Origin: Candidatus Aenigmatarchaeota archaeon
GTDB taxonomy: Archaea; Aenigmatarchaeota; Aenigmatarchaeia; JACPZZ01
Length of the DNA stretch: 64,000 nt
Direction of reading: 5' to 3'
NCBI GenBank assembly: GCA_016195275.1
Contig: JACPZZ010000017.1
Span: 21,581 to 85,580, forward strand
Shown here one piece after another: positions 55,383 to 63,492 of the stretch. The position numbers and the translations under genes are program-made. Below the pieces are notes generated by a model. The model was not told where the DNA came from and searched no databases. It saw nothing but the letters and a program-made list of their open reading frames with translations. Position 1 is the stretch's first letter; each line of letters opens with the position of its first letter.

Positions 55383-56582
55383 TTAAGCCTTCAACAGTTT
55401 CGTCTTCAGAATCTCTTCTACGCGCACCTCTATCATCTTGTCGATCATTTCGGGTGTCAGGAGTTTTAGCACCTGCTGCTCTCTGTCCTCCAACTCAAAC
55501 AGACCCTTCACCGAGATCGCTCTGCTGCACTGGACACAAAAATCCGCACTTAGCGAGTTTTCAGTTTTGCAGAACGTGCAAACCGTAGTGCTAACGACCC
55601 CGAGGGCACGCTTCTCTCGCTGTTCGATTGAGTGCTGTTTCAATACATACTCCTCAACTTGCTTCTCTGCCAGGTGTTCATAGAATCTGAATGCCTTGCT
55701 TTCTACCGAGTGCCCTACGAGTTTCTTTATCATTATCTCGTTCCATCCAGCTTCGAGCAGATGTGTGATCCTGCTGTGCCGTAGAAGATAGGAGTACACT
55801 CGCTTCTCCATACCTAACTTTTTGGCCGTCCTCTTGAGAGTGACGTTGAATCCCTCCGGTTGTAGAAACTGCTTGGTTAGGTAGCTCACATAGCTTGACG
55901 GAAAGAGAGGCGCATTCTGATCGCGCCTCAATGGGTGGACGTTGAGCCAAGCCCTCAAATAGCGATCAGAGTCCATTGCGAAGATCGTCCTCGTGAAAGT
56001 CTTGCTCTCCCGCAAGAAAATCCTTGTGTACCCTTCTGTGGATTTGAGACTTCCAACAGTAAGGGTGAGCAACTCCGATGGTCTTGCTGCGGTTTCATAC
56101 GCAAGCGCAAAAAGACATTTGTACATCGGACTGTGGACCGCGTTAACAAGTTGTTCCACTTCATCCTTGGTTAGCAGGTCGTTGTAGGTGATATCGAATT
56201 TCCTCGGCCCGTTTCTTTTCGTCTTGATCCAACGATATTTCTCAGGATTGAAGCTGTCACCCAGAACAAATTTCAGGAGTCGCTTCACCGCAATCTTGTA
56301 GTCATTCATTGTCCATGCCGCAAGACCTCGCGCGGTGATTTGCGCGAGTGCCGCCTCAATATCTCGGTTGTCGAGGTCGGCGTAGTCTTTCTTCATGGCA
56401 ATGGTGAGGTCGCGTAGGAGGATCAGATACTTCTTGATGCGGCCAAGAGAGATGCCTTCGGCGCGGAGCCTCTGTGCAAAGGCTGCCAGGGTCTCTGCGT
56501 TGTTGGGCGAGATTTCCGGCATGACGCGAATCTGGCACAGCACACGCTCGTAATCCTTGTTGCTCCTATAGAACGAATCCAT
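55383..56582 (-). CDS. int: tyrosine recombinase / integrase with C-terminal zinc ribbon
   Basis: 399 aa; N-terminal SAM-like core-binding domain, catalytic region with LRHSRITHLL (HxxR) and downstream Tyr; C-terminal CTFCKTEN...CVQC; adjacent to tRNA-Thr/attR. Confidence 0.85.
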   Translation of the reverse strand: MDSFYRSNKDYERVLCQIRVMPEISPNNAETLAAFAQRLRAEGISLGRIKKYLILLRDLTIAMKKDYADLDNRDIEAALAQITARGLAAWTMNDYKIAVKRLLKFVLGDSFNPEKYRWIKTKRNGPRKFDITYNDLLTKDEVEQLVNAVHSPMYKCLFALAYETAARPSELLTLTVGSLKSTEGYTRIFLRESKTFTRTIFAMDSDRYLRAWLNVHPLRRDQNAPLFPSSYVSYLTKQFLQPEGFNVTLKRTAKKLGMEKRVYSYLLRHSRITHLLEAGWNEIMIKKLVGHSVESKAFRFYEHLAEKQVEEYVLKQHSIEQREKRALGVVSTTVCTFCKTENSLSADFCVQCSRAISVKGLFELEDREQQVLKLLTPEMIDKMIEVRVEEILKTKLLKA

Positions 56583-56630
56583 GCAATTACATGGGTCAGT
56601 CTGCTAATAAAAGATATACACTTGTTCAAA

Positions 56631-56651
56631 GCCTCAGGCGAGAATTGAACT
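56631..56651. repeat. attR: 21-bp direct repeat agcctcaggcgagaattgaac within the tRNA-Thr 3' end
   Basis: Identical to 15728-15748. Confidence 0.75.
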
Positions 56652-56733
56652 CGCGACCTTTACCTTACCAAGGTTTAGCGACAAACTTCGCTTGGAAATT
56701 CGTTAACGCTCTACCAACTGAGCTACTGAGGCG
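56631..56733 (-). tRNA. tRNA-Thr(GGU) with about 30-nt non-canonical intron in the 5' strand of the anticodon stem
   Basis: Hand-folded: acceptor GCCTCAG/CTGAGGC, D-arm GCTC-AGTTGGTA-GAGC, exon junction TTA|...|CC restoring anticodon stem TTACC/GGTAA, loop TTGGTAA (anticodon GGT), variable AGGTC, T-arm GCGAG-TTCAATT-CTCGC, discriminator U. Intron position 28/29 or 29/30, ambiguous by one A. Confidence 0.65.
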
Positions 56734-56867
56734 ATTACAACCAGAAACAGACATTTCGTAAACTGAAGCATACCGATACACCATACGGTATGCTTCTAGC
56801 TGAACGTCTGTTTCAGTTTACTGTTTGTTTTCTCACTCTTAAATCTTATCGGATTATTATCAACCAT

Positions 56868-58157
56868 ATGAAAGTCCTCGTTGTAGGCGGCGGCGGGCGA
56901 GAGGATGCGATTGCACGGAAGTTCAGGGAGGAGCTTCGCGGCGCGATGGACGAGCTTTACGTTGCGCCCGGTAACGCAGGCACCGGCATAATTGCGCAGA
57001 ACGTGCCTATAGAAGCCGACAATATAAACGCGCTCGCTGAATTTGCCGAAGAAAAAAGGATCGATCTTACTTTTGTCGGACCGGAAAAGCCTCTAGTTTT
57101 GGGCATCGTAGACGAGTTTAATCGCAATGGTTTGCCGATAGTAGGCCCGACAAAAGCTGCTGCAGAATTGGAAGGCAGCAAAATATTTTCATACCAATTC
57201 ATGGAAAACTACGGAATACCGTGCCCGGAATCCTACGTGGCCGATACCGCGAGACAAGCTTTTGAACTGGGCAAACGATTTCTCAAGTCAGACGACATAG
57301 GTGTAATAAAGCTGGATGGCTTGGCTTTGGGCAAAGGCGTGGCGGTTTATCATAACGAAAAGGAACTCGAACAATCTATAGACGAGTTGATGGTCAAAAG
57401 TCCGTACAGAGGGCGTGCATTAATGCAAAAATTCCTGCCTGGCCAGGAAGCGTCTTTCATAATTTTCACAGACGGTGAAAATACCGTACCGACACCTCAC
57501 ACCAAAGACTATAAGCCTGTTTATAATAATGACAAAGGCCCGAACACGGGCGGAATGGGAGCGTATGCCCGCGCCCCTGTCATCACACCTGAAATCGAAA
57601 AGAAGGTGATGCGCGAGATAATAATGCCAACTCTAAACGGCATCAACCGGGAGGGCGCAAGGTATAGGGGAATATTGTACGCAGGCCTTATGATTGTCGA
57701 CGGCGAACCTTATGTTTTGGAATACAATTGCCGTGGCGGCGATCCGGAAACGCAATCTTCGATACCCCTGTTAAAATCCAGCCTTCTTGAAATTGGTTAT
57801 GGTATAACCGAAAATAATTTGAAGGGTGTAAATCCTGTATGGTCGCCCCAATCTGCGGTTACTGTTGTGTTAGCGTCGCAAGGCTACCCGTCCGACGAAT
57901 ACAGAAAACATTTGGATAAAGAGATATACGGCCTAGGCAGGAATGATGTGATGATTTCCCATGCCGGCACAAAAAGATTGCCGGATGGCAGAATCGTAAC
58001 TTCGGGCGGCCGTGTTCTTGCCGTGACAGCATTAGGCAATGATACAACAGAAGCGAGAAACACGGGATATTCAGCGATCGGCCAAAAAAACAACGGAATT
58101 TATTTCGAGGGTATGTTGTACAGAACTGATATAGCAGCCAAACCTCTTCAAATCTAA
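56868..58157 (+). CDS. purD: phosphoribosylamine--glycine ligase
   Basis: MKVLVVGGGGREDAIARKF N-terminus and ATP-grasp body typical of PurD; start trimmed to this Met (ORF-track start 56790). Confidence 0.85.
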   Translation: MKVLVVGGGGREDAIARKFREELRGAMDELYVAPGNAGTGIIAQNVPIEADNINALAEFAEEKRIDLTFVGPEKPLVLGIVDEFNRNGLPIVGPTKAAAELEGSKIFSYQFMENYGIPCPESYVADTARQAFELGKRFLKSDDIGVIKLDGLALGKGVAVYHNEKELEQSIDELMVKSPYRGRALMQKFLPGQEASFIIFTDGENTVPTPHTKDYKPVYNNDKGPNTGGMGAYARAPVITPEIEKKVMREIIMPTLNGINREGARYRGILYAGLMIVDGEPYVLEYNCRGGDPETQSSIPLLKSSLLEIGYGITENNLKGVNPVWSPQSAVTVVLASQGYPSDEYRKHLDKEIYGLGRNDVMISHAGTKRLPDGRIVTSGGRVLAVTALGNDTTEARNTGYSAIGQKNNGIYFEGMLYRTDIAAKPLQI

Positions 58158-58423
58158 CCGCCTTTAGCCAAGGCGGCTTTCTTTTCTTTCTTGAACTGGG
58201 CCAATAGATTAGATAATTTCATAGTATGCCCGCAGAAGCCGCATTTCACAGAAAAGGGTTTTTTCCATTCCTCGGTTGTTTCTGCGCCTTTTACGCACAT
58301 AGGGCACACATACTTCACTTTGGCGTCGTTGCTGTCTTTTGGGACCAAGACTTTTATCATACCTGTTACTTTGCCTTCGTCGTTCTGCAATTCTCTCGTC
58401 GTAAGGTATTTTACGTTGCTCAA
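58154..58423 (-). CDS. small zinc-ribbon protein, hypothetical
   Basis: 89 aa; CPMC...CGFCGH ribbon; Lys-rich tail. Confidence 0.4.
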   Translation of the reverse strand: MSNVKYLTTRELQNDEGKVTGMIKVLVPKDSNDAKVKYVCPMCVKGAETTEEWKKPFSVKCGFCGHTMKLSNLLAQFKKEKKAALAKGG

Positions 58424-59265
58424 ACCAAAACACCTGCTAAAAATGCTATAATCGCTGTCAGCATATTTATTTTTATTAATTCGTCCGTTTTCGCCAGCCG
58501 CACCGCGTTTTTGCCGTTTTTAACAATGTTGAACAGCGCAACAAACGCCACAAGGGAACTTATCGTTATCAGCGCCAAGTAACTGATTGAAACCAATCCC
58601 AATAGATAAGGCACGGGACTGAGGATTATGAATATCGCCAGCGACGCTGCCGCCGCCTTCCTCGTTCTGTCTGCATCGAATCTGATGTAAGATGAAAAAT
58701 GCTTCAGCAGGCTTATCAAGAAACTCGTCCTGTCTTTCATCTCCTCTGTTATGCTCTTCACCATGTCGCCCGCAGCGTTTGAAAAGAAAAGCAGCAACGC
58801 CATAAAATAGGCGGTGTACGAGAGTCCTGCAACATCCGAGCCTAAAATTACGGCAACAGACGCAGCCGCGCTGGTTATGATACTTCTTACGAAGCGCACG
58901 TTCCTGAGGTATTGGATATTAACCCACAAAAGTAACGCGGCCAAAGCGTAAAGCGACGCCGTATAAACGCTGATGCCATAGGAAACTGCAAAACCGGCTG
59001 CCAGTAAAATCGTGGAAATTAACAGCGAATTTCTCGATTCGCCGCCGCTCTTCCGGTAAATTTTTTTTATGATATTATAAACTTTATTTCTGGAAAATCC
59101 GCTGAACGTGTTTGCAGCCGCTGTCAGGAAAAACATGGACAACAGCGTTTTGGCCAGCTCCATTGTTACGTCCACCGAACCGGCCGATACGAAATAAGCG
59201 CTCGCTGACAGTATTGCAAAGAAAAAGAAATTCATAGGGCGTAAAAAATCTAAGCGTGGCATCAT
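58420..59265 (-). CDS. polytopic membrane protein (7-8 TM), family unassigned
   Basis: 281 aa, almost entirely hydrophobic helices; no D-rich prenyltransferase motifs seen. Confidence 0.5.
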   Translation of the reverse strand: MMPRLDFLRPMNFFFFAILSASAYFVSAGSVDVTMELAKTLLSMFFLTAAANTFSGFSRNKVYNIIKKIYRKSGGESRNSLLISTILLAAGFAVSYGISVYTASLYALAALLLWVNIQYLRNVRFVRSIITSAAASVAVILGSDVAGLSYTAYFMALLLFFSNAAGDMVKSITEEMKDRTSFLISLLKHFSSYIRFDADRTRKAAAASLAIFIILSPVPYLLGLVSISYLALITISSLVAFVALFNIVKNGKNAVRLAKTDELIKINMLTAIIAFLAGVLV

Positions 59266-59268
59266 GCG

Positions 59269-59445
59269 TCACACTTTAATGTCCTTGTTCTTTAACCTCA
59301 GGAAAGCGTAGCCGCATCTCCTGCACTGGACCTTGCCGCCCGCTATTTTCTTCAGGTTTGTTCGCAGTTTGGCGTTGCAACGCATGCAAACGTAAACGTT
59401 CTTGAAAAGCCTCTGTTCGATCTCCGGGAATTTCTTCTTTGCCAT
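59269..59445 (-). CDS. rpl40e: 50S ribosomal protein L40e
   Basis: 58 aa: MAKKKFPEIEQRLFKNVYVCMRCNAKLRTNLKKIAGGKVQCRRCGYAFLRLKNKDIKV, the F..K..CMRCNA...KC(R)RCGY..LR.K pattern of archaeal L40e; below the ORF-track cutoff. Confidence 0.7.
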   Translation of the reverse strand: MAKKKFPEIEQRLFKNVYVCMRCNAKLRTNLKKIAGGKVQCRRCGYAFLRLKNKDIKV

Positions 59446-59498
59446 GCCATATTTTAATTTCTTGGATTTAATAACATTAACATGGTATAAAATACCAT

Positions 59499-60566
59499 CT
59501 ATAAAGCACGTTTGATTCTGTCTTTCAAGTTCCGATTCAAATCGAAAAATCCCTCTTCGAAGAGTCTTCTGGTAGCGTCCGGCGGCATGTGAACCCTGTA
59601 ATTGCCTGTCCTTCTATCCTGCCGGGGTCTTAGCCCTGTTACCCCAATTCCGGATATCATCCCTGTTAGATCTTCGGCAAATTGCCTAGAGCCTGTATAT
59701 ACAGATGATATGCGCTCCGTTTTATCGAAATAGGTAGCAGACGGCAAAAAATACATTAGAAATTCCAGCTGTTTAACCGGAGCCATCCCCTTTATTTTTT
59801 CAGGCACGCCTGAATGCAATGCCACATCGTCAGTCCTTGCCAAACCTATATAGTCTATCAAATATGACGCTAGTGCCTTTGAACAGATTATCAGGTAATG
59901 CGAATAGCCTCTGCTATTTTTATTTTCTAAAGGTTTGGTCCGGATATTAAATGCATCTTCGATTGCGGGTATGCCGGAATGTTCATAAAATCCCAATTCT
60001 TCATGCTGAAAATGAAAAATACTATAGCTGCCCTGATTAAACACAAAACTATATTGGGCAAGAATAACCCCCAAGGCGCGGGCTGCTTGTGCGTCTATTT
60101 CAATTGGCAGATATAGACCTCTCAGAATATCACGGGTGCTAAACCGTATGTCCGTAAATTCCTCCGGGTTGGAAGCAGTAAAGCCAAGATCTGTAACAAG
60201 CTGTTCGGTGCTGCCAAAATGTTTCCTTAACCTTTTCTCACCGTTTAGCGCAGCGTTCTCTGTAGGCGCACCGCAAAGCTCAGTGATATTTTTACCTGTT
60301 ACTAGGATAGGCCTTCTTCCTCTGGGACCTTGCTCAAGAGGTCTCCCGGATACATAAAAATCAGAAGCATCCGCCAACAGCCTGGCAGCCATTTTGTAGT
60401 TTTCGGGCTCGTTGTGACATCCTAGGTCTGCAAGTCTTTCTGCGGCCTCATTTTCAGGAATACCCAAGCCTTCGGATATTATGCGTTCCCATATTCCCAT
60501 ACGTTCCTGGTATGGTCTTCCCCAGCGTCCCTGCAATTCGGGCGGATAATATTTTATATAACCCAT
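59499..60566 (-). CDS. hypothetical protein
   Basis: 355-aa ORF with coding-like composition; no confident motif (weak LAGLIDADG-like stretches only). Confidence 0.5.
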   Translation of the reverse strand: MGYIKYYPPELQGRWGRPYQERMGIWERIISEGLGIPENEAAERLADLGCHNEPENYKMAARLLADASDFYVSGRPLEQGPRGRRPILVTGKNITELCGAPTENAALNGEKRLRKHFGSTEQLVTDLGFTASNPEEFTDIRFSTRDILRGLYLPIEIDAQAARALGVILAQYSFVFNQGSYSIFHFQHEELGFYEHSGIPAIEDAFNIRTKPLENKNSRGYSHYLIICSKALASYLIDYIGLARTDDVALHSGVPEKIKGMAPVKQLEFLMYFLPSATYFDKTERISSVYTGSRQFAEDLTGMISGIGVTGLRPRQDRRTGNYRVHMPPDATRRLFEEGFFDLNRNLKDRIKRAL

Positions 60567-60647
60567 ACGGTCTTATGTAAAATAAAACTACTTAAAAGTT
60601 TGCAAAACTTTAAAACCTCATCGACTTCAGATTCAAGTATATAAGAT

Positions 60648-61481
60648 TCAAAACTTCAACGCTTTTAAGTTCCTTATTCTTGCTTCTGTGCTTGGGTGCG
60701 TGGACAGCAAATTAATTAGAATATCCCCGCTGAAAGGGTTTATTATGAACATGTGCGACGTGGCAGGATTGCCTTTGAGATGAACGTGTTTTGATGCATC
60801 GGAAATTTTTGTTAAAGCGCTTGCCAGGCCGCTTGTTTCTTTGATTAGCGCAGCTCCGGTCCGGTCTGCTGAAAACTCCCTGCTGCGTGAAATCGCCAAC
60901 CGCACTATTGTAGCTGCCAGAGGCACGAAAATTATCATTAAAACGAGACCGATTGGATTGCGATTCCGATCACGTCCGCCGAAAAGCGCGCCGTAGTAAG
61001 CCATCTGGGCTATGAATGCCAAAGCGCCTGCGAACGTAGCGGCTAGCGTGGAAATCAGTGTGTCACGGTTCTTAATGTGCGCGATTTCATGGGCCAAAAC
61101 GCCTTTGATTTCATCATTATCTAAAATGTCCATCAAACCTGTCGTGACTGCCAAAGCCCCGTTTTTCGGGTCGCGGCCGGTTGCAAAGGCGTTGGGCGCT
61201 TTTTGGTCAACAATGTAAATTTTCGGTTTTGGTACGCCTGCCTTCTTTGTGATTTCTTCCACTATTTTGTGTATTCCGGGATTTTGAGCTTTGCTTACTT
61301 CCTTGGCGTTGTACATCTTCAGAACAATTTTATCAGAATACCAATAGGCCAAAAAGTTCATAGCTAGGGATAAGACCAACGCAATCGTCGCGCCGCCGCT
61401 GCCCCCCAGGTAATAACCGACGCCTAAAAACAGGCCTGTCAATAAACCTAACAACGCCACGGTTTTTATTGTCTCGAACAT
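60648..61481 (-). CDS. htpX: HtpX-like M48 zinc metalloprotease (membrane)
   Basis: TM helices flanking LAHEIAHIKNRD (HExxH) and a downstream Glu; start trimmed to MFETIKTVALLG to avoid overlap with the upstream gene. Confidence 0.8.
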   Translation of the reverse strand: MFETIKTVALLGLLTGLFLGVGYYLGGSGGATIALVLSLAMNFLAYWYSDKIVLKMYNAKEVSKAQNPGIHKIVEEITKKAGVPKPKIYIVDQKAPNAFATGRDPKNGALAVTTGLMDILDNDEIKGVLAHEIAHIKNRDTLISTLAATFAGALAFIAQMAYYGALFGGRDRNRNPIGLVLMIIFVPLAATIVRLAISRSREFSADRTGAALIKETSGLASALTKISDASKHVHLKGNPATSHMFIINPFSGDILINLLSTHPSTEARIRNLKALKF

Positions 61482-61515
61482 ACAAAGAATGAATTGAATA
61501 GCTATGATATAAATG

Positions 61516-62016
61516 TTATCGCAGCCTTTCAACGTGTCTAAACATCGTCCGGGCAACCGATTTTGGCGTTTTCCTGTAAGTGTCGATCTCAATGCACTTT
61601 TTACCGTGAATGTCCAAAGCCTCGCCCAATATCACATTCAATCTTTCCGCCTCAAGGTTTTCCTCGATTTTTCCGCCATTCCATCCACGGTTTTCCATCC
61701 GTTTTCTTAATTCGCCTATATTTGCGCGCAAAACAAAAACAACGTCGCCTTTGAAATAATGCGCAAGGTGGCTTTCAATTATCAAATCTTGGTTGTCCTT
61801 AACCTGCTCAGAAACGAATTTATTCAGTTTGCGCATATCCACATTTTTGGATTTTCTTTTTTTGTCAACAGAAGACCATAACCCGCGCCTTAAGATTTCA
61901 GTGTTGATGTGGAGCACCTTGAATTTTTTGCCCGTTTTCCTGTCAAGCGCCTTTGCCAATTCATTGGAAATTCTGGTCTTTCCTGTGGCTGGCGTGCCTG
62001 TAATAATGATTATCAT
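61516..62016 (-). CDS. AK6/Fap7-like nucleoside monophosphate kinase
   Basis: 166 aa from MIIIITGTPATGKT (P-loop); start trimmed from ORF-track 62391 (N-terminal extension has no coding signal). Confidence 0.7.
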   Translation of the reverse strand: MIIIITGTPATGKTRISNELAKALDRKTGKKFKVLHINTEILRRGLWSSVDKKRKSKNVDMRKLNKFVSEQVKDNQDLIIESHLAHYFKGDVVFVLRANIGELRKRMENRGWNGGKIEENLEAERLNVILGEALDIHGKKCIEIDTYRKTPKSVARTMFRHVERLR

Positions 62017-62074
62017 ACCAACACTCTGCCTCAATCCTTTATATTTCACGCACCCTTCTTCATATTGACCAGCC

Positions 62075-63037
62075 ATGCAGGAAAAACAGTTTGAAATGTG
62101 GACCGAAAAACACAGGCCCAAAGATTTTTCTGAATTGGCCGGCCAGGAGCAGATAACGAAAAGGCTTGCTGAATTCGCCAAAAATAAAAATCTGCCGCAC
62201 ATGATGTTCGCCGGTCCTGCCGGCTGCGGCAAAACAACAGCAGCGCTGGTAATGGCGCGCTCTTTGTTCGGCGATTCGTGGAAGCACAATTTCCTTGATC
62301 TCAATGCGTCTGATGAACGCGGGATAGACGTAATTCGCAACAAAGTAAAGGAATTTGCAAGGACAAAATCGCTGGGCAGCGCGCCTTTCAAGCTGGTTTT
62401 CCTCGACGAAGCCGATGCATTGACAACGGAAGCTCAAAACGCGTTGCGCAGGACAATGGAAAATTACACGAACACCGCCCGTTTCATCATAAGCTGCAAC
62501 TATTCCTCAAAAATCATCGAACCTATACAATCGAGATGCGCTGTTTTCCGCTTCAAACCGCTTGCCGCAGATCATATTGAAAAACAACTGTCCAAAATAG
62601 CGGCCAAAGAGAACCTGAAAACAACCAAAAGCGCGCTGCCGGCTGCTGCCAGCCTGGCCGAAGGCGACATGAGAAAGGCAATAAACATTTTGCAGGCCGC
62701 TGCCGCAGTCAAGGATGAAATATCCGAGGACGATATTTTCGAAATCGCGTCGAGCGCGAAGCCGAAAGAAGTTGAAGAAATGCTGGCTAATGCTGTTAAT
62801 GGTAATTTCAAGGCCGCCCGTGAAAATCTGAAAAAATTGGTTATCGAACAGGGCTTATCCGGAAAGGATGTAATTTCCGAACTCCACAGGCAGGTTTTCG
62901 ATCTGGATGTGGCGGAAAAAGCAAAAATCTCAATGCTTGAAAAAGTCGGCGAGTGCGAATTCCGCTTGTCAGAGGGCTGCGACGAAATAATACAGCTTGA
63001 ATCGCTTCTCGCCCAGTTTGCGCTCTATTCAAGATAG
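62075..63037 (+). CDS. rfcS: replication factor C small subunit
   Basis: 320 aa; WTEKHRPKDFSELAGQE (RFC box II), Walker A GPAGCGKTT, DEAD-like LDEAD, SRC motif. Confidence 0.85.
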   Translation: MQEKQFEMWTEKHRPKDFSELAGQEQITKRLAEFAKNKNLPHMMFAGPAGCGKTTAALVMARSLFGDSWKHNFLDLNASDERGIDVIRNKVKEFARTKSLGSAPFKLVFLDEADALTTEAQNALRRTMENYTNTARFIISCNYSSKIIEPIQSRCAVFRFKPLAADHIEKQLSKIAAKENLKTTKSALPAAASLAEGDMRKAINILQAAAAVKDEISEDDIFEIASSAKPKEVEEMLANAVNGNFKAARENLKKLVIEQGLSGKDVISELHRQVFDLDVAEKAKISMLEKVGECEFRLSEGCDEIIQLESLLAQFALYSR

Positions 63038-63157
63038 AAACCTGAATTAACCAGCGAATGTAAATCTTTAATACGTCTTTTATCGAATAGCGAAAGGCAT
63101 ATAAATAGGATAAAAGATAGTTTATATCCAGAAACCGAACGCCGGTTTAAAGGATAC

Positions 63158-63451
63158 TTGGTTCGCATGACATCAGGTGAAATGAGCAGATTTTTCGTTT
63201 TGTCCGAATTGATTACAAATTCCTCTGTACATTGTGTCAGATATCATGCCGCGAAAGAAGCAAGAATACTGAAGTCCATTTTATCCGGCGCGGGAATCAG
63301 AGTGGAAGAGTCGCATGAACGCGTCGCCGGGACCGGAATCATTAATCGCTATGCTCCGCGCATGATAACCGCGTACGGCGCGCCGGACCAATTTTCGATG
63401 TATTCTAAACAGATAGGCAACACTGTAAACTTCTATCACCTGAAAGATTAA
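63158..63451 (+). CDS. hypothetical protein
   Basis: 97-aa ORF, no motif. Confidence 0.35.
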   Translation: MVRMTSGEMSRFFVLSELITNSSVHCVRYHAAKEARILKSILSGAGIRVEESHERVAGTGIINRYAPRMITAYGAPDQFSMYSKQIGNTVNFYHLKD

Positions 63452-63492
63452 CCTTTTAAATCTTTGATAGCATGGTCATTTAACAGATCACT

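Larger units (their letters stand above)
15728..56651. mobile_element. integrated GC-rich element (about 40.9 kb) in tRNA-Thr, with tyrosine integrase, Orc1/Cdc6, serine recombinase, IS, TA/Abi and NTPase cargo
   Basis: Bounded by 21-bp direct repeats matching the tRNA 3' end; integrase adjacent to the intact tRNA; abrupt visible GC shift relative to flanks; plasmid/virus-like replication gene (Orc1/Cdc6). Confidence 0.75.

Noticed and set aside
56790-56867. Upstream extension of purD (ORF-track start 56790)
   Set aside because: The extension reads through the region right after the tRNA-Thr/att site with non-coding-like translation. The canonical PurD N-terminus MKVLVVGGGG starts at 56868.
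61482-61592. HtpX N-terminal extension overlapping the AK6-like gene by 77 nt
   Set aside because: The extension is hydrophilic nonsense preceding the first TM helix. Trimming to MFETIKTV removes the overlap with the upstream gene.
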